A stretch of DNA of 64,000 nt from Octopus sinensis (Eukaryota): assembly GCF_006345805.1 (NCBI RefSeq), contig NC_042998.1, positions 2,294,001 to 2,358,000 of the forward strand, read 5' to 3'. Shown one piece after another: positions 51,492 to 62,217 of the stretch. Position 1 is the stretch's first letter. Every line of letters starts with the position of its first letter. The notes under the pieces are model-generated. The model searched no databases and was not told where the DNA came from. It saw nothing but the letters and a program-made list of their open reading frames with translations. Position numbers and translations under genes: made by a program.

Positions 51492-53472
51492 TAAAAGGAG
51501 AAGCAAGCATATAACTGAAGAGTAGTGTAGCCTGTGATAGCAGTAACAGAATATGATGAACTAATCTTCCATCTATTATATATTTATTTTGTTATGGTCA
51601 AGGATGGTTTGTAATATGTGAGTGCAGGATGCTAACGTAGAGTATATATGAAGAGCTTACTTTTAAAACCAGATACATTCATCGGAATGACTTTTGAATA
51701 ATTGTTTAAAAAAACAATTTGAATATATCTGATTTTGATTGGAAGACTAATATTCGCCTACAGTCTACATGGCATCTATCCCAGTTTGACTGAAAAATAT
51801 TTCTCGTAGGAGTGGCTGTGTGGTAAGTAACTTCCTTACGAACCACATGGTTCTGGGTTCAGTCCCACTGCGTGGCACCTTGGTCATGTGTCTTCTACTA
51901 TTGCCTTGGGCCGAACAAAGCCTTGTGAGTGGATTTGGTAGACGGAAACTGAAAGAAGCTCGTCGTGTATATGTATGTGTGTGTGTTTGTGCATCTACGT
52001 TTGTCCTCTCAACATCACTTGACAACCGATGCTGGTGTGTTTACGTCCCCGTAACTTGGTGGTTCGGCAAAAGAGAACGATAGAATAAGTATTAGGCTTA
52101 CAAAGAATAAGTCCTGGGGTCAATTTGCTCGACTAAAAGCAGTGCTCCAGCACGACCAAAGTCAAATGACTGAAACAAGTAAAAGAGTAAAAGAGTATGC
52201 ATAAAGCCAGCAGCTTGCAGATTGTGTTTTAATGGTTATCAGGAAATTGACCAAATATGCATTTGTACTGATTTTGAAAGTAAGCTATGTGTTTTGTACA
52301 GGCCTAGCAACTTTTCACAGTAAAAGTACATGTTGAATAGTAAGTACTACAGTAATCAGCCTAAGCTAGGTATGGACAACAATTTTTGAAAAGTGGGTTG
52401 CAGAAACAGGTAGCCAACGGAAAAAAACATCCAGGTAATTTTTTCTTAGGTGTGCCATTCGCAAAATACCACATACTGCAGTTTGCCTATCACTTGTCTA
52501 AGCTCTGTGAAATCTGGGATTTTCAAGAGAGGATGTTTGTAATTGTCATCACTACCAACTGAAAAAAAGCAAAAAGACAAAAACATTTGTAATTTTGTTC
52601 ACAAATAAAGAGAAAACCGATTAGAGGTTTGGCAGAATTCTGGTTTAAGCACCCCATGTAACCCCCTCATAATTTTTTTATTTTTTTGGTATTTTCAGAA
52701 AAGTTTTGCGAATTCATACGATTGTGGAAAAAAAAAGGGGTGGGTGGTGTTATCTAAGGGCAATTTAGCACATCTCATGACCACCTGATACCTTCCACGT
52801 TTCTGTTACTTTGACATGTATTGATATTTTTCAATATTTTTGTTCCATAAATTTAATGAAATGATGCAAATAAGAGTGCATCCGTGGCTGGGATTTAAGC
52901 AAAAAATTCGGATTGTCTGTATTTTAAAATTCTGATTTTAAAAAAATTGAAAAAGAGCAGAACTTTTACGATTTATGAGGGTGTGGATTGAAAACCCTTT
53001 TTTTTTTTCTTTTCTTAATCGTATGAATTCCTGTATGTAGAACACAAATTCGTAAACATTTTCTGAAAATTCCAAAAAAGAAAAGTTTATGACGCGATTA
53101 AAGCAGAATTCCGTCATGGGTTTGATTCCTTGAGATGGATATTTGTTTTGATTGGGTTTATTGTTATAGTTTAGTATTACTAATGTTAACAACCTGCATT
53201 GCGTCGTTTGTCGAAGACAATGCCGTACCTCTGTGTATAAAAATGTAAAGAAGTCCCGGCAGAGTTGCCGACGAAGGAAAACTCTTAGCAGAGTTACGTC
53301 CCGTCGAAACCTGTTATGACGAACAGAGAAACTGATTTGATTATGTAAACAGAAAAGTGGAATTGAAAACACGAGAGTGTATATATTATTATACAGTTCT
53401 ATATTTAAGAGATGAGGAATTAAGTACATTATTTACATTTGGTGGGTATTTGTCCTCATCTTGTTTGTTGTT

Positions 53473-53518
53473 AACACAACATTTCGGCTGATATATCCTC
53501 CAGCCTTCATCAGGTGTC
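53473..53518 (-). ncRNA. Minimal type I hammerhead ribozyme-like motif
   Basis: GACAC-CUGAUGA-A-GGCUG…CAGCC-GAAA-UG-UU-GUGUU: conserved core, stems I and II pair. Confidence 0.65.
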
Positions 53519-53730
53519 TTGGGGAAATTTCGAACCTGGGTTCTCATTCCTAAGGTAAGGTATTTTTTGATGATGTTATTATTATTATTATTACATACGG
53601 TGTAGTGGTTAAGAGCGCGGGCTACTAACCCCATGATCCCGAGTTCGATTCCAGGCAGCGACCTGAATAATAATAATAATAATATCGAAAAATACTTTAG
53701 GAATGAGAACCCAGGTTCGAATTTCCCCAA

Positions 53731-53776
53731 GACACCTGATGAAGGCTGGAGGGTATATCAGCCGAAACGTTGTTTA
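53731..53776 (+). ncRNA. Minimal type I hammerhead ribozyme-like motif (stem I partly decayed)
   Basis: GACAC-CUGAUGA-A-GGCUG…CAGCC-GAAA-CG-UU-GUUUA; palindromic helix III (AACGUU). Confidence 0.6.
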
Positions 53777-53815
53777 AACAACAAACAAGATGAGGACAAA
53801 TATCCGTCAAATGTA

Positions 53816-53893
<78 letters not shown>

Positions 53894-54641
53894 AGAGTCA
53901 CAGAGTGTCTCAAGGACCGAGAGTTTAGTGAATCAATGAACGAGACTCTTGGACTCTGAGTCGTTCTGTAACTTCTGCCAATTATTAATAATAATAATAA
54001 CGTAGAATTGGTAATATCCGATCGGGTTAAGTATTTTAAATTGAGGATCAATTCCATAGGAAAAGTTAAAGTTAACAGATACTATTCAGAAATAAAAATA
54101 ATTTTAGATAAAATGTAATAAAAATAATCGACTGTTTTTATCGCTTCGTCATTCTGAGTATAACCACCACCACCACCCATCAGTGGTTGGCCTGTAGTCA
54201 TGCTGGGACACTATCTAGAAGGGTTTAGCCGAACAAATTGCCTCCGGTACTAATTTTCCAGAACCATTAATCAACGGGGGCGTTCACAAATAACCACAAA
54301 CTGTGAAACAGTGGGGAGAGGGATAAACACAAAGACACACACACATATACGATGGGGGAGGGCCATACAGTTTTTACGCAGTAGGACTGAACCCGAAACC
54401 ATGCGGGTGCAAAGCGAGCTTCTTAACACATAAAGTGCGACGGACCACGATCGTGGCCGTCGGGTCTTTGGAGAAGACGTATGAAACGGATACGTGGAAC
54501 TACGTTAGTTCCACATTGGAAATTCTGTGTCTATCATACGAAACTACGCCTTCACTGTCCCACAAGCAATGAAAAGGGAAATTTTCTTCACGGTATTAAA
54601 CAAGAAAACTGTAACACAAACGAAAGTAAATATATACGTAC

Positions 54642-54980
54642 TGCCTCTCCTTCTACCCCCATAATTCTAGGAATAGATGGACCACACATATCCGTGTCTA
54701 AAACTGCGATTTGGTGATCTTCATTGGCAGCTGCAAAGCCATGCCCCAAATGAGCGGAGAAAGTACTTTTTCCAACGCCGCCTTTTCCAGAAAGGACAAG
54801 GATTTTGTGACGAACTGTGGATAACTTTTCTTGGATTTCTGCAATAGCTGGATCAGGTCCTTTAGGTTGGGACGAGCATATGCCTCTATTGGGACAACCA
54901 CTACAAGCAGACGCTTTGCCGGCCTGTTCGCTCCCTGTTCCCGGACAGTGTTCTGGGGCACCTGCTATCAGGTCTGCCAT
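54642..54980 (-). CDS. NUBP1: Cytosolic Fe-S cluster assembly factor NUBP1/Nbp35, exon 1
   Basis: N-terminal Fe-S motif C-x13-C-x2-C-x5-C (HCPG…[11 protein letters not shown]), deviant Walker [20 protein letters not shown]; gtacgt donor at 54641. Confidence 0.97.
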
Positions 54981-55135
54981 CTTTCCAGATTAAATACGTA
55001 ATTGCTTCCCTTGAAAAACTCTCTACGAATTGTCCCCAAGTTATTAAGAGTGATCTCCCCTTTACGCCGAAATATTTCTTTCGATATTTTTGTAGATTTC
55101 GCTTTGCGACTTCTGTTCTTTATATTCTGATCCAA
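54981..55135. promoter_or_regulatory. Shared bidirectional promoter/5'UTR region of NUBP1 and C5orf63
   Basis: Only 155 bp between divergent ATGs; locally CpG-enriched. Confidence 0.75.
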
Positions 55136-55312
55136 ATGTTGACGAGGACGAATTTCATTCATACACCTTCCACCTTCAAACGAATCATTGGCTTATTTTG
55201 CTCCCGGAGTTCCGTTTCGAGCAAAGCTAAACCGACTCTGACTATGTTCACCAAGGAAGAATGTAGTTTGTGTGCAGAAGCCAAAGAAGCGCTGATTCCA
55301 TTCATGGATAAA
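55136..55312 (+). CDS. C5orf63: Glutaredoxin-like protein C5orf63/YDR286C homologue (DUF836), exon 1
   Basis: Basic, acid-free N-terminal extension, then PTLTMFTKEECSLCAEAKEAL (CxxC); gtaag donor. Confidence 0.9.
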
Positions 55313-55723
55313 GTAAGTTTGATCTGCAGTTATTATAACATTTAAATAAGTCAATAAATAAACCGAAAACTAGCAAACTTGTAACGATCTCCGTCAGCAA
55401 AAAATCTGGGTGATTTTTCGATTTATGTCCTTATAAAGTTGTACTTCGCACATATAAATGCATGTGCAAATGTTGATATTTCACTTGTTGCCGTTTGAGT
55501 GATAAAGGTCCTCACGGTTACATTCCTTGTTGACATTACAACCAGCTGCTCTGTGCTTTTGAAGGCCCCTGGCATAAAATGTACTTTACGTGAAAATTGG
55601 TGATAGGAAAAGCTTCTGGCTGTAAAATCCTACTTCTAATCATTCCTAGCCATAGCATGTATATATGTGTGTGTTAATTAATTAATTAATTATCAGAAAA
55701 GTATAGTGTTAAATATCCATCAC

Positions 55724-55815
55724 GGCTGATCTTACCAATCGGTTTCGTGTAAAGAATACAATGGAGTGTTAGGTAACAATCCTTTTATATAACTTTACGC
55801 TCATCAGAGCTAACC
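55724..55815 (-). ncRNA. Type I hammerhead ribozyme-like motif with a long loop II
   Basis: GGUUAGCU-CUGAUGA-GCGUAAAG…CUUUACAC-GAAA-CC-GAUU-GG-UA-AGAUCAGCC. Confidence 0.6.
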
Positions 55816-55899
55816 GATGTGGAAGGGAATATGGTGACTGTCATGTTCTGTGACTTATGGTCTTTTAGGCGACTCACGTAAAGATGTGAACATGAAAAC

Positions 55900-56312
55900 A
55901 TTTTCGTCTTACTTCTAGGAAGAACACCGGATAAATGAACACTGAACAACCTTGAATGGATAACCTAGTACTCGAGTTTCGGACTTTCCAGAATACGTTT
56001 GTTATCATAAATCTGGTTAGTCAGCTAGGTTGGTGCCTTATTATGCCACTATTTCCTATTTATAATTCTACCTTTATTTGGCTGGAAAACAATACAATTC
56101 TATTGCAATAATATCTATAATTCTGTTCTGTTTATGGATAGGCAAATCAGCCGAATATACGTCATTGATGTAATGGAGAGTTCAAATTTCATCTTCGGTG
56201 AACCTAGCTGAAGAAGACTAACCAGATTTACAATAACAAACATATTTTGCAAAGTCCAAAACTCAAGGTTGTTCATTTATCTGGCATTCTTCCCAGAGGT
56301 AAGACAAAAAAA
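55900..56312. repeat. Inverted repeat (55900-56030 vs 56201-56312), Penelope-type arrangement
   Basis: taaatctggttagtc…agctaggtt vs aacctagct…gactaaccagattta; direct repeat cact.tttcctatttataattctacc at 56047 and 56346. Confidence 0.7.
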
Positions 56313-56509
56313 TTTTATATTTGAAACATTGGTGTCTTGTTGTGTCACTGTTTCCTATTTATAATTCTACCTTTTTTCTCTTTTTCTTCTCTCTGCCCCC
56401 TGATGAAGGATTGAATCCAAAACGTTGGATATTTCACTCTGTACTCCTTTCACTTTCTGTATTTTTTCAAGTCTTGCCAATGCAGAGCTACTAGATTATT
56501 GCTTGATTA

Positions 56510-56890
56510 TCTCTCTCTATATAAACGGCAGTTTGTCTGTGCGTTTTCTGTGTGTCTGTTTGCTTGTACCCTCACCCTGACCACGGCTTTCAACCGATTC
56601 TGATGAAACTTGACACACACATAGCCCAATATCATAATTCAAAACTAACGCAGCGAAAATTTTGAAAAGTTCCCCCAGTTCTGAAAAAAATCGATAAATT
56701 CGACATGGGGTCGAGAATCAGAAACACAAACCGCAAACTGTCTAGGGGACGCAACTCCACCTTTTTTAACTAAAAAAAAAATTACCATCGTTTTTTTCCA
56801 TTTTTTTGCTATTTTTTGGCTATAACTCTCTAAAAATGCTTTATAGTTATTTCCCTTACAAACCTGAGCAACGCCGGGCGATACTGCTAG
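56510..56890 (+). mobile_element. Non-autonomous Helitron in the C5orf63 intron
   Basis: A|TC start, 3' hairpin cctgagcaacgccggg, CTAG|T end, no TSD. Confidence 0.8.
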
Positions 56891-57289
56891 TATATATATA
56901 TATATATACAACAGGTTTCTTTCACTTTCCATCTACCAGATCCATGTGCCAACTTTGGTCAGTCCAGAGATGTAGCAGAAGACACTTTCCAAATGCACTG
57001 TACAGTGGAACTGAACTAAGACTACATGGAAGCAAGTGTCTTAACTATACCACCATGCCTGCACCTAACTTCCACAACTAATGCATATACATATATGTAT
57101 GTATGTTTGTATGCATGGATGGCTGGCTGGATGGATGGCTGGCTGGCTGGATGGATGTATGTGTATCAATCAATCTATCAAGTATTTGTGTTTTACCTAC
57201 CACTGGTTGAGAACTGGTATTAGTTTGTGTCCCCAGAATTTAATATATAATCCTTGTCAATTATGTTTTGTTTTTTTTCTATTTTGCAG

Positions 57290-57448
57290 GTTATTTTCAA
57301 TGAAGTTGATATAACTGATGCCAAAAACAAAGAGTTCTTCTACAAATACAGGTTTGATATTCCTGTTTTCCACTTGAATGGAAAATATTTAATGAAACAT
57401 CGCATTAACAAAGAGTTATTGGACACAGCACTTTCCAGAGAAGAGTAA
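57290..57448 (+). CDS. C5orf63: Glutaredoxin-like protein C5orf63 homologue, exon 2 (to stop)
   Basis: VIFNEVDIT…KYRFDIPVFHLNGKYLMKHRIN; ttttgcag acceptor; AATAAA at 57538 and 57554; total 111 aa. Confidence 0.92.
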   Translation, partial: VIFNEVDITDAKNKEFFYKYRFDIPVFHLNGKYLMKHRINKELLDTALSREE

Positions 57449-57834
57449 CAAAATAATACATAACAAGTTTATAGAATATTTTCTTTATATTATGTAAATG
57501 TAGCAAATATATTTTGCATTGTAAATAAGGTTTTTTAAATAAAAGTATTTATGAATAAACTTTGGCAAAATAATGAATTTATGAAGATGAGGCATAGTTG
57601 CTGTGATACATTGCTAACCCAGTTGTCATTATTTCAAATTTTACTCTACACCATCCAGTTTGGATAAATGACACAAATGAAATGAAATAATTGCTCAGTG
57701 GGGAGGAATGGCTTTTATCTATAGTAAAACAATTCAGTGATTCTGAATGACTGAATGAAATTAAGCCATGATAAATGTGCTAAAGCCAAATTTTTTATGG
57801 GAAAACTCTTGAAAGCCAACACACAACTAGACAA

Positions 57835-58350
57835 GCTACCATGATCAAAGAATTAAATCCTGAAGAAAACTACAAATATTTTGGTGTATGAAGGGGTAAA
57901 TAGCATCAAGCATCAACAAATATGTGGGGGAAATATGGAAAGAATGCTTTTGTAGAGTTCGAGCTATCCTAAAAGGCTAACTTAATTTGAGAAGTAGAAT
58001 TGTTCCTATCTGTATGACTATACGTGGAGGTGCATGGCTTAGTGGTTAGGGTGTCAGCATCATGATCGTAAGATTGTGGTTTTGATTCCCGGATTGGGTG
58101 ACGCGTTGTGTTCTTGAGCAAAACACTTCATTTCACATTGCTCCAGTCCACTCAGCTGGCAAAAAGAAGTAACGCTGCGATGGACTGGCGTCCCGTCCAG
58201 CTGGGGAACACATACGCCATTGAAACCGGGAAACTGGGCCCATGAGCCTGGCTAGGCTTTAAAAGGGCACATTTATTTTTTTTATATGACTATACCTGTT
58301 GTAACCTTCAGCTTTAAAATCATAAAATAGTCCATCAATGAGATGGACTA
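57835..58350 (+). mobile_element. R4-like RT fragment split by a SINE
   Basis: IKELNPEENYKYFGV…RVRAILK…LN, resuming after the SINE as IPVVTFSF.II. Confidence 0.55.
58024..58284 (+). mobile_element. tRNA-derived SINE with 11-bp TSD (TATGACTATAC)
   Basis: TSD at 58013-58023 and 58285-58295; A/B-box head; T-rich tail. Confidence 0.9.
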
Positions 58351-58559
58351 TTAATACAAAAATATGCAAGCTTCTCAAGATGCATTGCATTCAAAGACAT
58401 GTTAACTGACTGTACATGGTGTTTGGGCTAAATTTGACAGATTGCATAAAAGGAACAGAAAGCACAATATCCCATCCAAAAGCAAAAGTATTTTTTTTAA
58501 AAGTCATAAAATATCAATTAGATTATGGCTGGGAGATAACAGTTTATTCAAAGTAGCCA

Positions 58560-58890
58560 TCCTCAGCTTCCAACATGGCTCCAGAATCTGGCACATGTGT
58601 TCCTTACTGTTCCCCTGAGAAGATCTTCAAACATTTCATCTCAGCCATCCACTTGGCTTTGGTGTTGCAAGCAGGATTGGTGTCATTCTCAACCACACCC
58701 CACACATAGTAATCCATGGTATTACAATCAGAGGAATTAGGAGACTAGAAATTGGGGTTCGTTAATTCATAGAAATTTCCCAACAACTTTTGATTCTTTT
58801 CCGAGGTATGGCAAGGAGATGACTCCTGCTCCCACGTGTATGATCTTCTAGCAACAACCCTTTCCATCCAGGAATTGACCACAGTCTCAT
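58560..58890 (-). mobile_element. Tc1/mariner DD37D (maT)-like transposase fragment
   Basis: YTWEQESSPCHTS…PNSSDCNTMDYYVWG, degenerate WQQDSAPCH / SPDCNPLDYYVWG. Confidence 0.65.
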
Positions 58891-60434
58891 GGGACACCAC
58901 ATGGATCACATCTTACAGCCCTTACAGTGTTCACAAAGCAATGAGCCGCAGTCATGTGAAAAAGATGTAATTAGTACAGATTTGTTTTTAGATAGGTGTA
59001 ATTAGTATAGATTTTTTTTTTTAGGCTCAGCCATGGTTAAGAAACTCACTTTGCAACCATGTGATTTCAAGTTCAATCCTACTGCATGATAGCTTGGGCA
59101 AGTGTTGTCTACTATAGCCCCAGCCTTTTGAGTGAATTTGGTAGACAAGAAACTGTGGGGAAGCCTGTTGTGTGTGTGTGTCATCTTCATCAACATTTAA
59201 TGTCTGTTTTCCATGCTGGCATGGGTTGGATGGCAAGGCCAGGGGCTGCGCCAGGTTACAGTCTGTTCTGGCTTGGTTTCTACTGCTGGATGCCCTTCCT
59301 AATTCCAACAATTCCACTGGGTGTACTGGGTGCTTTTTAGGATCTCAATTCTGACACAAAGACACACACACACACACACAAACGCGTATATAGTCCAACC
59401 CATACTAGCATACAAAACAGATGTTAAATGATGATGATATATATATATGTGTATTGGTATATATACAATAAGCTTCCTTCTACTAAATCCACTTATATAT
59501 ATATATATACATATACATACATATATACATACATACATATATATATATATGCAGTTGAAATTTGCAGTAAAACAAAAGACGAAGGCAGGTGTATGTACAA
59601 CAAATAGGTGTATAAGTTTAATGCTCAGGGAGGTGAGAAAATCTTTTACATTTCAAGCCTACGCTCTTCAACAGAAAGGAACACAAGGAAAAAAATAGAG
59701 AGAGAATAGAAACTCTTTTGGAGCGAGCAGTCAATATGGTTTACAACTGGTGTTGGCTTATTTATGTCCCCATATCTTAATGGTTCAACAAAAGAGACCA
59801 ACAGAATAAATACAAGGGTCAATTTGTTCAACTAAAACTCTTCAAGACAATGCTCCAGCATGGCCACAGTCCTTTTGACTGAAACAAATAAAATGTAAAA
59901 GATGGATACTAGTGGCCTTTTCTTAACTCCCTCCATTAACAAGAAATGTTCTGTATAATTGCTTGACGCGCCCAAAGTGATATCCATGTTTCTTTCAAAA
60001 GACTTTCTGTTGTCTTCAAAATGCAGTCATGTGTAATTTGAGAACGATATTCACTCCTTTAACTTTCTCATGCTAAACTCAGTTGATTTCTAGCAGGTCA
60101 AGGGACCGCAATAAGTTAGCCATGTAGTGGTTACTTTCTTACCTGTTATCTTTCCCTTGTTCAAGTCACTAGACTGTGGCATTGCTGGGGCACTGCTTTG
60201 AAGAATTTAGTTGAACAAATTAACCCGAGTACTAATTTTTTTTAAAGCCTGGTAAATACTGACCATCTTATGAGTAGCCTCTCCTCTCTACACCAATATC
60301 TGTTTAACAACACCTTATCCATCTCTCTTTCGCACTTTCTCTATCTGGCCACTCTAGATGTATTCTAACTTTGGAGATTTATTTATAGCTGACCCTGTGT
60401 CGTCAAAAATGACCGCTAATTGTATTATTTTATA

Positions 60435-60618
60435 CTAGCAGTATCGCCTGGCGTTGCTCGGGTTTGTAAGGGAAATAACTATATAAGCATTTTTAGAGAG
60501 TTATAGCAAAAAAATGCATTAAAAATGGGGAAAAAAATGATGGTAAATTTTTTTTTAAATCGTTGACTCATCGTAGACATTTTTAGAGAGTTACTTCCTT
60601 ATATAATAGCGAAAAAAA
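60435..60618 (-). mobile_element. Truncated Helitron 3' end
   Basis: tactagcagtatcgcctggcgttgctcggg…, same family as 29523-29916. Confidence 0.75.
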
Positions 60619-62134
60619 TTTTCTGCTGGTGATTACTGAATCAATCGTACCAAACACTCTAAACTCAACTGAAGAGGCTGTGATCACAATGGCAGTTCTT
60701 CTACTCCTCACAGTAACTAAATTTATTCTGTTCAACAAAGACTAACCCTACTAGATTTACAAGTAAAGAAATAATAAGTTTCAGCAAGGTTTATTAGAGA
60801 TAATTGGGATAACTAAAAGAAAAAGGAATGCAATTATTGCCCTTTGAGACATTTCTGAATAGGAAACAGTTTGGTGAGAAGTTGGTTGTTACCAGGTGTG
60901 ATACATTTTACATCTCAAATGTAGTTCAAAAGCTTAATAAAGTGTAAGAGGGTAGTGAGTGGGTTTGGACTATGGTCTTACATCTTGCAAAGAGGCTAAT
61001 ACTGCTTTCATTGAGAAACTCAAATTATTCAGAGTTAATATACAATGTTGTTAGTTGGAGCAGTTTCTGACACTGAACTGTAAGGTGATGATAACCTTTC
61101 TGCATATGTTGAGAGTTTAAAGCATTTCGTGGTGTATGCGGGAGATTTGAAGTAAGACACCTGCCTTCTCTTTGTTGATGCAGACCTGTCTGGTGGTAAT
61201 GCACCCTTCCACATAGCCTGACCCGAATGCTAAAAATAGCAGCTGCTTTCCCTCACCTTGTCGAAGTGCTCACACGTCCAGCACTCGGCTACCCCAATTG
61301 AAAAGGCCCAATCATCTCCTGCCTGTGCACACGTCACTGCTGTACCCTTCCTCTTCCGGTCAGCTCCCCAGCCGCTGATGTCATCCCACACATTTATATA
61401 GTAATAGGAACTGGGCTGCCTTGGCAGCATTGTAGGCCCCCAGGCAAATCAATGAACTGGCCCTAGTGTACTTATTTATTTACAGCAATCTACCACACCC
61501 ATAGGTCAGAAATGGGCCCCAAGACCTGTAAGGCCCTCGGGCAACTGCCCAGTATGCTCAAGTCTTAAGATAGCCCTGGGTGGGAGAGTTCATTTCAGTG
61601 ACTTGCTAAGAGATAAGCATTTCATATTGGATGATGTAGCCATTTCAGCTAAATACAAGAAATCTGACATTAAATTATAGCAAAGCAACTAGGAAATAGC
61701 ACTTACTGGCCAAACAGCTGAAGCTATGTCCAAACTTGGCAAGCATAATTAATGGAGAAGTGGTGAAACTGCTGTGAGATGTTTGCTTTTCTGAGAGAAA
61801 GTAAAGTTGTATGTCATTGTTTTTACCATTTCTTATTTTGTTGAATCTGGTTATGAAAAGCTTACACTTACTTTAATATTATGAAGAAGAGGTGATCTTC
61901 ATTCGTCGTTAACAACACTGCAGGTAAATGTTGAAAAACTTTCAAGTTTGTAGTAGCCACAAGGCTCTTAATTAGTAAAATGTTAATCAATAACATTTTT
62001 TTTTATATGTTTTATGCTTAAATTTTACTTTTTAATTAGATATGAATTAAGTTAATTTTTATCAATCCTTTTAGCTTGTGTGACTTGTGCATATTTATGT
62101 CTTAATAGAATTTAATTTGCTAAAACGCAACTTT

Positions 62135-62217
62135 ATCATCATCATCATCGTCGGCGTTGTTGTCATCATCACCATCATCACCACCATCACCATCATCATC
62201 ATCATCATCATCATCAT
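62135..62217. repeat. (CAT/CAC)n microsatellite (RTE tail end)
   Basis: Directly visible. Confidence 0.9.

Larger units (their letters stand above)
53405..53820. mobile_element. Inverted pair of ~155-bp Penelope-type terminal cassettes around a tRNA-like head
   Basis: 53427-53592 is the reverse complement of 53666-53820; A/B-box head at 53599-53664. Confidence 0.8.

Noticed and set aside
53262-53320. Additional hammerhead (CCGACGAAGG…CGAAAC)
   Set aside because: The core is altered and stem II does not abut GAAA; too degenerate to call
53599-53664. Possible tRNA gene
   Set aside because: The 5' acceptor strand is missing, the stems are imperfect and it is fused to a repeat module; treated as a SINE-like head
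52938-54057. Cluster of 99-163 aa ORFs in the NUBP1 intron
   Set aside because: They arise from the inverted repeat cassettes and (TA)n/(AAT)n runs and have no coding signature
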